This document shows, one piece after another, positions 31,601 through 46,686 of a stretch of 64,000 nucleotides of DNA. Location of the stretch: assembly GCA_012295275.1 (NCBI GenBank), contig CM022665.1, forward strand, positions 24,056,001-24,120,000, in the 5' to 3' direction. Position 1 is the first letter of the stretch. Each line of letters begins with the position of its first letter. Under the pieces are notes generated by a model. That model worked only from the letters and a program-made list of their open reading frames with translations. It made no database searches and was not told where the DNA came from. Made by a program: the position numbers and the translations under genes. Origin of the DNA: Chrysomallon squamiferum (taxonomy: Eukaryota > Animalia > Mollusca).

Positions 31601-32419
31601 CACAGGATGTTATTTAAAAAGAAAACATTAACAAAAATTATTATTCATTTGTAAGATGCCATCGTTCTATTTGCCATAAGTAAGTTTATGTTAAATAAGG
31701 GATACACAGTATTTATGATAAATGAAAAGGCCACGACAGACCTATACCGGACTAAGAACTGTTTTTAAATACAAGTCAGTTTGGAATGATTTTAATCAAA
31801 TTACAAATAACCAATTTCAAACGAAAGTCATTAAAACTTTTATTAATCGTTTACTTTAATGTCTGCATTTTAAACCGTCAATAAAATTTCGAACATAAAT
31901 TAAAAAGTTTTAATGCATTAACTGAACCGAACATTAAAAAAGTAATCACACCAAAATTAAATAGAGGTGTTTCCAGTTTGGTCCGAAATTAAAAAAGACC
32001 ATCAACTTTAAATTGAAGTCGTAAAATAAAAACGTAGTGAGGCGTTAAATGCGAGTATGACCCTTACTGAGACCAGAACAGTTAAAACAGCATTCGGTTC
32101 GACTAAATAACCGCATTTTAATGAAAATCGATTCTACAACATGGCTAATGTTTAGTTCATATAGAGGGGACGGGCCAAGCTACCATTTTGCTTTAGTGAC
32201 ATGGACATTTCGCCAAGAAGAAACACGTCGCCTCGATAGTTAGTTAATCAAGCACACCAGACAAATTTCTTTCCTGTCTGTAGATCGGGGCGCCCGCTGT
32301 GGTATTTGTGAATTAGTGAACGATCATACCTGGCAGGTATTTGATCGGAAACAGATGGCATTTCACACAGGTCATAAACAATAAATATTAGCTAGTTTTC
32401 TTTGTTACACGTAGGAATC

Positions 32420-32423
<4 letters not shown>

Positions 32424-32499
<76 letters not shown>
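32424..32499. repeat. (AG)n microsatellite
   Basis: Pure AG run. Confidence 0.98.
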
Positions 32500-32501
<2 letters not shown>

Positions 32502-32548
32502 TGATTATATCTGGAAATTGGTTTCGACCATTTTTTCCACCTTTCATC

Positions 32549-32608
<60 letters not shown>

Positions 32609-32897
32609 ATTTTCATTTTGTTCATCAATAATAACTTCGCGATCGAAAAAAAAAAAAATGTTTTCCTATTTTTGCTTCACTATGAAAACCTATTCTCTTT
32701 CCTACAGCCTAGCAGTAAGAAATAAGCGATTTGAAAGCAGCATTTTAATTTTTTTTATCTCAGCCAGAAGAAAACTGATTCATTAAACATGTCTGTTTCT
32801 GCTCAAGAAGACAATGCTGATATATTTTATCACAAGGTCAGACATTAATTTAATGACGTTAATAGTGAGAGGAATCCTAAAAATATCCTTTCGTTTT

Positions 32898-32946
<49 letters not shown>

Positions 32947-34084
32947 TGATGATGATGATGACGACGATAATGATGATGATGATGACGACTATATCATGAC
33001 GATGATAATGTTGATTACGACGCTGAAGATTTTTTTTTTTATCAGTATGACTGCGATAAAATAACGATTTCCCACATTCTCTTAATTTTAGCCACACACA
33101 TTTAAATCTGTAAAGACGAAAATTATTTGAAACATCTACATACAGTAATAACCTTATTCTGGAATCAACCCAAAATTTAAATCTACATCGAAATTACTAG
33201 GAAAGATATTCCAATTGAGATACGTGGAAATATATCAACACACATATAGCTCTTTCCAATCGCTTTTCAACCGGTCGCCGAGTATAATAACCTTCCCTTA
33301 TCACTCGTGTACTTCTGTCACCCTTTATCACATTGGCGAAAACAGCTAAATGTCTGTAGTCATATCGCATGCTTATCTTCCAGTTACTTTAATATCAAAG
33401 TGGCCCAAAACCGTCGACTACCTTTCACTCGGCGGGACAGCGTCAGTTAAAACGATGAAAACCCCGAGCGCTATCTAACAGAGCCGTGTTCACAGCATAG
33501 AGGTCTTTTACATTTTAGATCAATCGATTGCCAAGCGAAGATAACCCATTGATACAAACATGCATAAAGAACCCCCCGACGGACAGTTTTAATACGCTCT
33601 GCTGATAATGGTGTGCATGTTTTAACATTGATGAGGTATGAAACTTCGCGACGCCACTGTTCATTATTGTTACCAATAATAACACACGCTAGGATGGTTA
33701 CAGTAATGTATTAAAGTGCCAGCCTTTTAATTTTAATACTTTGTTAACTGTAGATTTAAACTGTTTATTCCTGTACTCGATGTGTTATGTTACACAGTAC
33801 AACGCTTTTAATTTTTAACGCTCTATTAGGTCAGTTTGTTATTCTGCTTCTTCTTTTTTTTTTTTTTTGGGTATTTTTATCATTAGTATTTTTTAAAATA
33901 TCTTTCCTTTTCCCTAAATTAAGGTAATATCGAGTGTGGGGAGAGGTTATTTTCGGATAAAAAAGAGTAGAAGAAGGCTGGAAATTCCGAATGCTAATCC
34001 AATGCTGTCTGTTGAGATAGGTCAAATTATAATTTACAATTTTGTGAAACCTTTTTGAAAAAAAAGATAAAAAAAATAAGATGA

Positions 34085-34114
34085 ATACTACTACTACTAC
34101 TACTACTACTACTG

Positions 34115-34183
<69 letters not shown>
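34085..34183. repeat. (ACT)n-(AAT)n microsatellite
   Basis: Directly visible. Confidence 0.95.
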
Positions 34184-34188
<5 letters not shown>

Positions 34189-35305
34189 AGGAGAAAGCAA
34201 GATCACCATGCTAACCTTGGAAGTTATTTTATCAATTTATTTACCCCTTTTTCTGTCTGCCATCGTGAAATTGCCAGTTTCAAGCCGCGAGTTTCGCACC
34301 TACAACAACATATACATATATCTTTAACTTTGTATATGATCACAATATGTGTGACCCGGACATAATAAAACAAACATGAACCTTATGAGCCCACAAGAGA
34401 ATAAATGTCACGGATGTCAAAGAAATGACTTCACTTTTCACAGACGAAGCAGCAACATCGTGAGTTGGTTATAGACGGACATACAGACAATGATCGGTAA
34501 ATCTACTACACGTGAAAGGTGTGGATCTAACATACCTCTCAGTTACAAAAACACGCGAAACAACAGGTCTTTATGGCCACATGGAGCCACTGCACAGCCA
34601 TTAACGTCAGCATTTGGTTAGACGTTGTTTGGAATTGTTGTTTTCAAGCTAACCCAGAACAGATCCGGAATCAGAGCATGTGACCAGGATTTAATCTCCG
34701 TAAAGCTTTTCATCATTTATAATTGAATTATTTATCTTTATTTGTGTATAAATCACCAGATGTAAACAGAGAGGTTGGGATCTTTACGAAGACCAGCTTC
34801 TGGCTTGAACACCCCCCCCCAAAAAAAAACACCCCTCAAAACCCATGAAAAATAAGATATGATTCTGAGATGTGGGAAACAGTGATGGTTCTACAAGTAC
34901 TAGTGTTGGTAGCAGTAGTAGTAGCAGCAGTGGTGGTGGTCAGTAATAGTAGTAGTAGTAGTAGTAGTAGTAGTATAGTAATAGTAATAAGACTAAAATT
35001 CGTAGTAGTGGTAATAGTAGTAGTAGTAGTAAAAGTAGTAGTTCTAGTAGTAATAGTAGTAGTAGTAATGTTCCGACGCTTCTTGTTAAAGTAATAAACA
35101 ATGTCTGTAGACATACTGAATGACGTTTTCTGAAATCATATGGTGAGAAATATAAACATCTCTAGATATATGTGTAATAAGCTAAGTGAATTTGTGAAGC
35201 AGAGTGCCCTTAATACAAAAGTTGTAGGTATTGTTGTTTTGCTTTCATTTACCACGTGCTTTTAATCACAAATTTCGTATGAGTATGGTTCACACCATAT
35301 AGCGA

Positions 35306-35336
<31 letters not shown>

Positions 35337-36063
35337 GATATATCCTAGCTTAATCTAATACAGCTACAGGACTTACAAACTGCTTAACAAACACTGCACT
35401 TAATAATACCTGTGCATTCACAAACCAAACTGGCTAACATTCGCCGATAAACACATGTTCAGTGTCTCTTGGTAATTCGGTTATTTGACTGTGAGTTGTG
35501 TTTGTTTGATGAACATTAGTAAAGTCATTTCTACTGAATAATCAGCCGCTCGCCTCCACTGGGAATTCATTAATCTGCTGGCCTGTAAAACACATGACGT
35601 ACTGTATACATAAGATATCACTCGATAGCCACCCCCTGTGTGATATGACAGTCAGATGTCAGTGTGAATAAACAACACACTAATATTGGAGTGGACGACT
35701 GGAATTTGGTAATATGGTCAGTAAAGAGGTTTTTTGATTAGGTTTTTATGCTGTAAATGTTGTTGTTGTACAGATAGACGCCTCAGTAGCAATAATTTTA
35801 TTCTTTATTTCTGATATCACTGTGTTTTTAAAGACGTCATATTTAGAATGCTTACTAACGGATATCAGTCGGCAAACCCAGTAACTTCAGTTAAGTAATC
35901 TGCCAGACGGATAAACTTGTATGAAATGTTCTTATATGTAAATTAATAACTTTCTTGATCACATGTCCATACTTAAACAGACATATAAATACATACCTAT
36001 ACACGCATATACACATACATACGCACTTGGATGCATACATACATACATACATACATACATACA

Positions 36064-36096
<33 letters not shown>

Positions 36097-36980
36097 GCAT
36101 GCATACCGTATATATGTATATATTCACATTAAATATATTTTCCATTTTACTCTTTCACCTAAAAACAAATAGTTAGGTTCATTGCCATTTCATTCGGAAA
36201 GTCTATTTTGAGCTTCTGCAAGATGAGACTTTGAAGCATTTTCATTTAAAAACAAACCTATAACAATAGTAGAAGAATACAAATATCTTCCTTTTCTCAA
36301 ACTTCTTTTAAAAGGTTACATTCGTCTATTATTATCCATTAAATTGTACGAGCTTCTGTTTATATACACTCCACCCTTTCGTGCTATCTATATACTTTTT
36401 TTCCTGCATGGAAGTCAGATTACAAGAGAGAGAGAGAGAGAGAAAAAAAAATATTCTGAAGAACAAACATGCTTAGCAAAAGATAAAGCTGTAAGTATTA
36501 TTAAGCGTGAAGATCCACAAAGAGAATTAATTAACTGTCTCTTGGATATTTTGCAGCTGGCCAACGTAACGTTACTCATTCCATGCGATACCGCTTCAAG
36601 CGATTACCTCCCTTCATGATTAGCTGAGGCGATAAGAAAAGTCGAGTGTTTGTCTGTAATGAAAATATATATTAGGCTTATATTCTAATTATCATAGTTT
36701 GCTTTTTGTATTTATCGCAAGTTTATTTTAGTGCATCAACTTAAAATATACGAACAAAAAATTATATATATATATATATATAATAATCAAATTTGTTACC
36801 TTTAGAAGTCAACGCAGGTTAAGGTCACGATGAAGCGCTGTAAAGGTTTTCTGAAGAAAGTCTTGGAATATGCAGTTTCTCTGTCATTTCTAAGTATGAC
36901 ATTTACCACATGTCTGATATCAAGTCCACAATGATTAAACTGTGAATCTGGGCAGGTTCTGCGGTATTTATTTATTTATT

Positions 36981-37034
<54 letters not shown>

Positions 37035-40000
37035 TTATTTATTTATTTATTTATTTTTTTTATTTTTTTTTAAATTCTGAATTCAACAGAGAGGAAAATG
37101 CTGCCATTATATATGACTCATTATTTTTGTTAGTTTATTTTGTAAAATCGCTACACCACTGCAAATAATTTTACAAAAACAAACAAACAAAAGTATATTC
37201 TTATCTTTTATTATTCATTTATTCGTTCTTTGTTTCTTTCTTTTTCATTAAACTATTGCTTATACTAATATCATATTTATTTCAAACAAATAACGTTCTC
37301 ATACTTGTTTTCATTGTATCATTCTCATTTATTACTTCCTCTGTGTATGCTAATTTTGCGAAGGTTTCATTTTGCCATCCAGTCAACATACAAAACATAA
37401 TTCTTTTGTTTAATTTTATTCATTTTTAACTTGACAGCGACGATTCTTTTCGCAAGTGGATAAACAGTTGAAGATCCTTAATACATTAATTTGTGTTATT
37501 TTTACACCTTTTCATTTATGTATTCACATTTACCTTTTCCACCGTTTATTTTTTATTTTTCCTTTGTTTTAGCACTATACTACCACTAGTTTTGCCCACA
37601 TTTTATTGTATGACACTTTGGAGGTTAATGACTTTGCTACGATTCTTCTTACAAAGTGTTTCTGTCGGGACAAATCGTCAACAAATCGCCTGAAGCAGTT
37701 TCATATTAGCCAAGTGAAGAACAGACTTGAAATTCATATTCTTCTTAATGAGAGGGTCGACAAATTGACTTAGCCAACATGCTGCCAGCGATGCCCGATT
37801 GAAATTCTTCTTGTCAATTGTTGGAAATCGGCGGCGGCCGTTAATCATTTGTGAATATGTTTGTCAGTTGGGATTTACAGCAGTTAATGATGAGAATTTT
37901 AAGTTGGAGAAATAATTTGGGTGTTTGCAGGAAAACACTTTTTTTTTGCCGACAGATATGACGATGAGTCAACCGAATGTATTGATACTTTTTTTTTGTG
38001 TGCAAGACAGACCTTTAAAACAGTGTCACACTAAACAATTGTATTATAATTAGTGCCTATAAGTGATCACTTTTGGAGTTTTGCATTTCTCATATATTTC
38101 GTACTGTTGTGGCTTAAATGAGTCTATATGATGCAAAACAAAAAAAAAAAAAAAAAAAACAGAGCAGTAATTATTATTTATGGTGAGATACATATGCATA
38201 TATGTGGATTCAATATAAATAATTTATTTGCTGCTAAAAATTATGCCTTACTGTATTTAGAAATGACTGTGATTTTAATCATTTTCAAATTATCCATTAT
38301 TTAATATATTTCGTTATTAGTTTTGTAATCGAAAAATCCTCTTGCAAGCGAAAATGAAACGTCAAGTTTCTGAAATGTTTTAAAATATTTGTGTTGGCTT
38401 TGCAGACAGCGTTCATATCTTTACGTCCACTGTGATTAACGTTTTTTTTGGTAAAAGCAATTATATCGTCAAACTCACTTTAAAAAATAAATTTTTGGTA
38501 GTAATGCACATTCCAGATTAATTCGTTACTTCGATACAAAATAACTGCGAGTCAGTTTTGATGTCTTAATCTAATTTCTTATTTTGTTTTTTACAGGGGC
38601 TTAAAATATGACCTTGGAAAGCTATCCTGGGCGACGTCCGATGTCTGCCAGCCAATCAAACACCGTTTACGACAAGACAACGTGATTTTTGTTCGGAAGA
38701 TCATTTAGAACGTTACGCAGAATCATTTTCAGATTGAAAACCGAATATAATACTTGTCATTATTAAATAATGAACTGCTTATTTAGACCTTTTGTGAACG
38801 TCCAAAGAAGAACCACCAATCACTCAAACAACAAATACCACTTTGCTTGTCTGTGCTAAAGCCAAACATCGGTCATAAATTTGGTTTCCTAGCCATAATC
38901 AAATTCAACAGTTTCAAAAGAATATTGACTAAGTTAAGCTTGTTAGTCTACGGCTAACCTGAGGGGTACAATAAACTGTAAGGTCGAATGTGTTCTCTTT
39001 CATGCGTTCAGTAGCCTGAAGTTAATATACAAGAAAAATGTGTAAAGAATCTAATCAAAACGTCTTAGTAAAGTTTGTTATTTTTAAGCCATTACATTGA
39101 AAATAAGAAAGAAAAAAAAGTAATTTTAACAGCGATTCCAATTAGATATTTTAATATTCAAATCTAAAATCAGTGAAAAAAAAAATAAGGCACTGGTGAA
39201 CATAGTATATCTTGCTGCGTCACATATAAAACAACAACACAGCAGCTCACTATTCAAGGTCGATTCCATATTTGAGTGCAGATGATTATTATTGAGACAG
39301 ATATGACTTTTAGAGAATTCAGTTTTACATAAAAAAAAAAAAATACTACTGCAAAAACAAAGATAACAAAATATGCAATGAACGAAAACACAAAACAGAA
39401 CAAAACAAACCAATACCATACTGATCCCACTACCAAAAAAAAACAAAAAGGAGAGGTATTCGGCGTTGTGTCTTCAGAAACCCATTTAGTGAAACTCTTT
39501 ATCTATTATATATAAAAAAAAAAATAATAACAATAAATAAATAAATAAATAAAAGATTTCGAAGTGATTTGTTTATATTATCAGTTTTTAATCTCTTTAA
39601 ACATTTATTTAATGACAGTGCTAGCAGGCAGTGGAAAAAACATAAATATATTTTTCTTTAAAAGTGTGAAAAAAAGAAAAAAAAAAAGAAAAGAAAAACA
39701 GGGAAAAAATGTATTATAATGATTTTTAAATAATTATTATTTTTAACATAATATTACTCTCTAACATCTAAATGTAATAATAAAAAATAATAGTAACAAT
39801 AATAAAGATTAACATCCAGACAGATGATACAAAAGGACGAAACGTCGATGCACTTTCACATGGACTTGATAGCACAGGCTAGAACCTTTGATTTACCAGG
39901 CATGTAGTGCTGCTTGGAAATCTAATCTGCAGTAAACATTACATAAAAGAGGTGTAAAAGTGTCTAATTTACTTTTTTCTTACTATCATTTTTTATTTTT

Positions 40001-40190
40001 TTATTTTTTTTATTTATTGTTTGTTTCTTATCAGCATCTTAGGATTTATATGTTCTTACGTTTTTCTTTCTTTTTCTTTTCTTTTATTATTATTATTATT
40101 TTTTAAAATCTATTTGTTGTTTCTTATTATTTTCATTTATTTATTTATTTATGTTTTGTTCTTAAAAAACGATGATTTTTTTCTTCTTAA

Positions 40191-40195
<5 letters not shown>

Positions 40196-40273
<78 letters not shown>
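40196..40273. repeat. (CT)n microsatellite
   Basis: Pure CT run. Confidence 0.98.
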
Positions 40274-40277
<4 letters not shown>

Positions 40278-41021
40278 ATCCTAATTTCGATCTGGTTTTT
40301 TCTTCATTATTATTACTACGTTTTATGCAAACCTACCCCAAAAAAAAAATATTTCCGAAATAAAAAGCAACATATACACTTGAACTAATATTTATACAGA
40401 TAAAAACGACATAAACAACAGGATGTTTTGCAGCACCCTGGAGTATACTTCCACGATATATTCTACCTTTAATTGAACACCTGAAAGACTTATTTGCACT
40501 ATTTACATCTCGCTACGAGATTTATTGTGAAAACAGTCCACTGTAGCGTTCTGGAAATCGCTTTTCAGAGGTCATTATTAGCTGTTTGCCTTATTTAAAA
40601 CGAATTCAGAGAGCCGTTTTTGAAGGTAGAGTTATGCTTAGGATGACCGACTATGGAATCTTCATCTGTATCACAGCTCTAGCGTATATCTCTCTCTCTG
40701 TGCTCGGTTATCACGCTGCAAATCAAGCGCGGGATTGAAATCTCACATGTTCTTTTTCTTCATCATCTTCTTCTTGAATTTCCTCGCTTCTTTTAGTGGA
40801 TACTTCTTTGCTTTTTTTTTTTTGTTTTTTTTTTTTTTCTCTTCTTTTTTCGTTTCACATCGGAACAAGTGCAGTGGTGGCAGGGAGAAATGAATTCCTG
40901 AATCTGATAAAGGTAAGTTTATTATTATTTATTTATTTATTTATTTTTTTGAATTACCTACATCAGCACTTCACAGCTAGCTTGTATAATATACTTCATA
41001 AAAAGTCTTTGGACCGAAAAC

Positions 41022-41035
41022 GCGCCACCTGGCGG
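41022..41035 (-). promoter_or_regulatory. CTCF-like binding motif
   Basis: Minus strand CCGCCAGGTGGCGC closely matches the CTCF core consensus and stands out in an AT-rich background. Confidence 0.55.
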
Positions 41036-41583
41036 CGAGATAGATAGGAATGTGTTTGAAAATTAATGTATTTTGCAATGTTTCGCAATGAACCATGTTT
41101 GTTTTGGTTATTATTTTGTTATCTTTCCATTTTTTTTTTTTTTTTTTTGGTCTTTTTGTCTTTTCTTTTTTAAGAGCTGTATCCAGTTCCTGATAATACT
41201 CCGCTCTTTAAGTGTCATTACTAACAAAAAAATATATTATTTAGATATATTATTAATGGGTTTCGATCGCAGTGATTCTTTTATTGTTGCTTTATTTCGT
41301 TACTTTACTTCCACGAAGGTATATTCATTATAATACTTTAAGTACTGCACTTTTAATATTAATTTGACCGTTGCTTGTAACTGAGTTACTGATGCTTAGA
41401 AAAAAAGGGGTGAATTTAAAACTATTATCCAATTATTGAAGAAGGAAAAAAAAAGAAGCCAACGTAATTATTTACATGTAATTAATTTCACACTACAAAG
41501 TTGAAATAATTTGGAGATTTATTTGTGAAACATGGCAGAACCAAACACCAGCACGAACTCAGTTTAACTGAAGTTAAACAAAA

Positions 41584-41619
<36 letters not shown>

Positions 41620-44599
41620 AAGGAAAAAAAAAAAAAAAAAAAAAAAAAATAAATTAAAATTAAAACATTATATATTATATATATATATATATAAAACGCT
41701 GATTTTATTAAAGCTGGTAATTCGTTATTAATATTTCTGCAGAAGTTACTTTTCTTTTTTCTTCCTTTACATTGAACACTTAGAAGCATGCTGGAATCTT
41801 CGTTTGAGAAATACGAAACAGAATTTGAAAACTAAATTACCGTGGAACAGACTAACTCACCCAAATCAGATCACACCTCGCAGCGAAAAGCAAATTCCAG
41901 TTCGTCACTCAGTGGTCGCGTTATCTCGCCGAATCAAATTCACCAAAATAAATGTTTATGTTCTTGTAAGCACGAACTCTGTTACAGCACATAATACACT
42001 TCAAAGTGTGCGCCAAGAATTCACTAGTTAGTTACCACAGCACAGCAAGACACAAGTTTTTTGTAGAAAATGTTTACTCGACTACACCAAAGTTGATATT
42101 TCTTCGAGGCGGGATGTTTTGGAATCGTGTTTATCGATCTACGAAGACTTGCTTCGTGTTTTGATATAAGATTATTGCAACATACAGATTTGCAATATCA
42201 TATTTAGCTATATCTATATGAGTATATGCTTTTTTATTTACCGTGGTTTATTTATGTTTATGAATCAGAATCTATCTGTTTTTATTTTCTTGTTGGTTTT
42301 TTATTTAGGAATATGTTTTGATTTTTAATACTGGTTTATTATCAGTGTGTCCTGTATCATTTTTATCGATATAAGGTATATTTACAATGAATGCTGTTAG
42401 ACATAATTTCAGTATTTCCAAGGCCCATAATAAGTTTTGGTTTGGGATTTTTTCATCGATCATTAGTAGTAGTTGGGCTGTGTTTTGCATGGTGCGCAGG
42501 CGCGATCACAAGGCTGGAAATATGGTTAAAATTACGTCATTTTTCGATATTACGTTCATTGATATTTGTATGCACATTTACTCTTTTATAACTGTTTCTA
42601 ACTAAAAATGTATCTACTTACTGATATATCAGTAAATTAAAATATTTCTAGAATCATCATTAGCTAGACCAGTAGATCAGTTACAATGTTTCTAAAATCG
42701 TTAACCGTATCTGTACCTATGTACTTGCTTATTACTGCCCAAGTACTGCCGATACCTGTGCTATTATAGCCCGATATCTCTTTATCTGTTTACTGAAAGC
42801 CAGTTGTTAACATGTGTCTGTTTAAGCAAATAATTATACATCTTCTTATTGCTTGTATTATGTGGTTATGGTTTGATGTTCGTCAGTATCTGATGTGAAA
42901 ACATTGATTACACGTTAATTCTTGTTCTATCCAATACTAATTTATCTCGACTGCTGCAATTAGCGATTAGTGAGCAAAGAAGTATACAAGTATCGTCAAT
43001 ATTAACGAGGACGGTTTGGAGAGATACCAAATAGCTAAAGAACGTAGTATTATCAGCCTAAGAGGAATGCTGCTAACCATTGCAGTACAAGCTGACAGTA
43101 ATTCAGTGCGGCACAACAGACTGCAATAAAAGATTGCGATTATTGATAGTAATAAATCTAAAGTAAGTAATGTAAAACATCATCGGGAATTCCCTCTTGG
43201 TGGACAAAAAAACCCCCACCAGTCTTGTTATACTGAATTTTTTAATTTTTTATGACAAAAATAATTTTAAATAATAATAATAATAATCTTGCCCATTGTA
43301 TCTGTAACAGCATTATCTATAAAACAATATGAAACAAATTAATAAAATATTATTACTTGATATACAGTGCAACACCCTGAATTTGCTATTTCTCACTTTT
43401 TTTTATTATATCAAACTGTTTTCTGATTTGAATTAATTTTTTTTTTTTTTTAATTTCATTCTGGGCAAAAGGATAAGGTTGGAACCATTTCCATTTCGTT
43501 TTCATGAAAGCATTATGAGTAGAAAAATCACGAACGGTTTCGTCACTATTTTTGCTCCGTTTTATCATAAGCAATGGTAGTAATAATTAACGACGATTAT
43601 CATGTTTCTGGTGATTTTTTTTTAAGACTATGACCGTGATGATGATGCTCCTTCAGCTGATAATTAGATAACCTAAAACATACATGCAACTGGACATTAA
43701 AGAAAAACGATTAGTTTTGATGGTTTTCAGAATCAAACGAAAACTGGACACGGCCATTCTTGCATCTTTTCTTACTGGTAATGCTTCTGCAGTGAGAAGG
43801 CAATACACAGTATTTCTTCTGTGTACCGCCATCCAGTCCACGATAACCTTTATCCTTTTAAAGACCCATCGTTGTTATCCTTACAGAAAGAGCAATTACC
43901 CTGCGTATTTATCGCGAATTGGTTTCCCGCGGGTACTTTGGAGAAAAAAACGTAACTGAAGGATAGGTAAATAATCGTCGGCATTTGGTACAAGCGGGAT
44001 GCTTTCAGCACGCGACCACCTTCCCCGAGGAACAGCTTCAGAGGGAACTCAGGTGAGTGAGAACACCCACAGAGAGGAGGGTTACAGGGATGTGAATTTA
44101 TTTGCTCGGTGATAACCGTGTTATCAGCGAGGTGCGTTCACGCACCTGGAAATGCGTTCTCTTTGTTTAACGCTATCAAGACAATGGTATAAAGGTATTG
44201 CTGATATTTTTGTTATCGTCAGTGCGATCTGGTACGTGCGTTCTGATGTATGTCTGCGACATTTCTGATGGTTTACTGTAACAGAGCATTCCTGGAGTTA
44301 TCTTTATGCAATCATGAAGAAGAAAACCTGTAGCCGTTATGGGAAAAACATATATTAGAATATAGAGCAGAACTGAGGCGCCGACTCATAGTGTGTAATA
44401 GTCATATCGTCATACGTAATAAGGACTTTATGATGTAACTGCAACACAGGGGTTCATATGTGGAGTATTATTTGTAAGTTCAGCAGTTTAGCAGCTCTCC
44501 TATATATGGTAGTATAGCAGCTTTTCTATGGTATTAGTTTAGTACAGATACTTTTTTCATGCTAAACTGCAGTTTAGCAATTTGCTTTCGCTATAAAAT

Positions 44600-44850
44600 A
44601 GTGTTAAAACATTTCTGTAATATATAAGAGACTATGTAAAAGTATTTCTATAATACCATAGACCAAGAAAGAGCAGTTCTATAATACTGCAGATAATTTA
44701 ACAACATTTCTACAATACAAGAGAATTTCTAGAATACACGGATCACTAAACAACTTTTCTGTAAAACAAAGATCACGTAACAGCATTTCAATTACACAAC
44801 AAACCTGATAACATCATCTTTCTAATATAACAGATTATACAGAGCAGTTT
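44600..44850. repeat. Degenerate ~28-30 bp minisatellite
   Basis: Recurring aaca(g)catttcta(t/c)aataca..gatca units; more degenerate copies extend on both sides. Confidence 0.6.
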
Positions 44851-45767
44851 AAACACGCTGCAATATGAACGCATAGTCGAATATGTTCAAAAATTTCAAT
44901 AACAGAATTGTAACACGATTTACATAACAGAGTAATAGAACTACATCGATACAGAGCAAAATTACAGTATCTCCGAGACAACGAATGTAACCGTACGTTT
45001 AATTTTATTATTAAATTTCTATAGTAGATCATACACATACATCTTCACTTTATAGTAGTTTAACATCATTTCCGTAGAAGGTAATGTAACAGCAACTTTA
45101 ACGCATAACAAGATGTCTTTGATAATCCGTGCAAAAAATCAGCTTCTGTATACATAAATAAAATAGCATGTGTATGATAAAGAGTGTAATACATTTTCAA
45201 CGCACTGCACTGAATATGGATATTTTTTAATTTTGTAATCTAAATATCCTTGTTAAAAACAAAATACTTCTAAGTAAAAAAAAAAAATTATGATAATAAT
45301 AATAAACGAAGTTCTTGGTTTTCACATCAAAGGAGGCGGCATTCCCAAGATTTTTATTTATCTGATGTGGATTTTTAAACGATCCAAAAACTCATCGAAT
45401 TCGCTCCAACTTAATTCTTCTTTTTTAACTCCCCGAACATAAAATCCCATGAAGCGTTTTATAGATTTCGTTTTAATCACGAGTTAAGATTTTTTTCTCC
45501 ACCACGTCGACAAATTGGCTAGCTTCACGAAGCTGGAAGTAAACTTATTGCTACGGTTAGTTGCACTTAGAACATTAATTCTTCCGAGTGATTGAAGGAG
45601 CACACGGCAGATAAGGATAAGAAGATAAACACAGGTCTTGCAGAAAATATACTTCATCGTGCACGGCCCACAAGATAAACGAACAGTCCAGTCTGGTGTT
45701 GTTTGTGTAGAACAGGTGCATAGTTGTTTGTTTGTTTGTTGTTGATCCTACATAGATAAATTCCTAT

Positions 45768-45813
<46 letters not shown>

Positions 45814-45960
45814 CAAGAACAACAGCAGCAACAACAAAAACGCATATATATATAAACCCATGCACCCATACGTACGTATCTATCTACCTACTTACATCGA
45901 TACAATTAAACACACACACAGACAGACAGACAGACACATACACACACACACCAAACACAT

Positions 45961-46005
<45 letters not shown>

Positions 46006-46546
46006 AAACCTACATCTTTACATACACAGATTCGAAGGCTAATATTTCTTTTCTCCAGTGTCTTTGCCAGACATTCTTATTAAAAACATATTCACAAGAA
46101 GCACTTCTTTTTAAAAATAAGCTTTCCCGAACAGACTACTTCAAAAGACATTTTTAATGATACAATTACTGCACTTGAAGTCAATCATTTCCATACACAA
46201 CTAACTCTTTTTGCTGGACTCTGCTGGTAGACGTCTGATTTAAGCTTTTCTAAGAGCAGTTTTTTTAAAAGAGTACATTTCAAAAGCTGACACTAAGGAA
46301 AAATTAGACCATCTGAACGCATATATAAGACTGACGTTTTAAATTATGTTTAATTAATAAATGAAATCTCACTAGTCATTGTTTTCACAGCGAATGTTTA
46401 ATTAAAAGTTTCATTTTAATATCACTTATTCTAGCAAATAACAAGAGAATTTGTGAAATTCGTTGAAAACATTTAAAGTATAATATAAATAATTTATTTA
46501 ATCTATTTTTTTTTTAGATGATTTTTTGTGTGTGTGTGTATGTATG

Positions 46547-46563
46547 TGTTGTTGCTGTTGTTC

Positions 46564-46609
<46 letters not shown>

Positions 46610-46686
46610 TATTATTATTATTATTTATTATTATTATTATTATTATTATTGTTATTATTATTATTATTAATACTATTATTATTATA
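46547..46686. repeat. (TTG)/(TTA)n microsatellite
   Basis: Directly visible. Confidence 0.95.

Noticed and set aside
34085-35068. Inverted (ACT)n and (AGT)n tracts ~750 bp apart as possible element ends
   Set aside because: This microsatellite is common throughout the window in both orientations; no TSD or unique inverted sequence
38065-38086. Partial antisense match to miR-153 (gatcacttttg)
   Set aside because: Only the 3' half matches, the seed differs and there is no precursor hairpin
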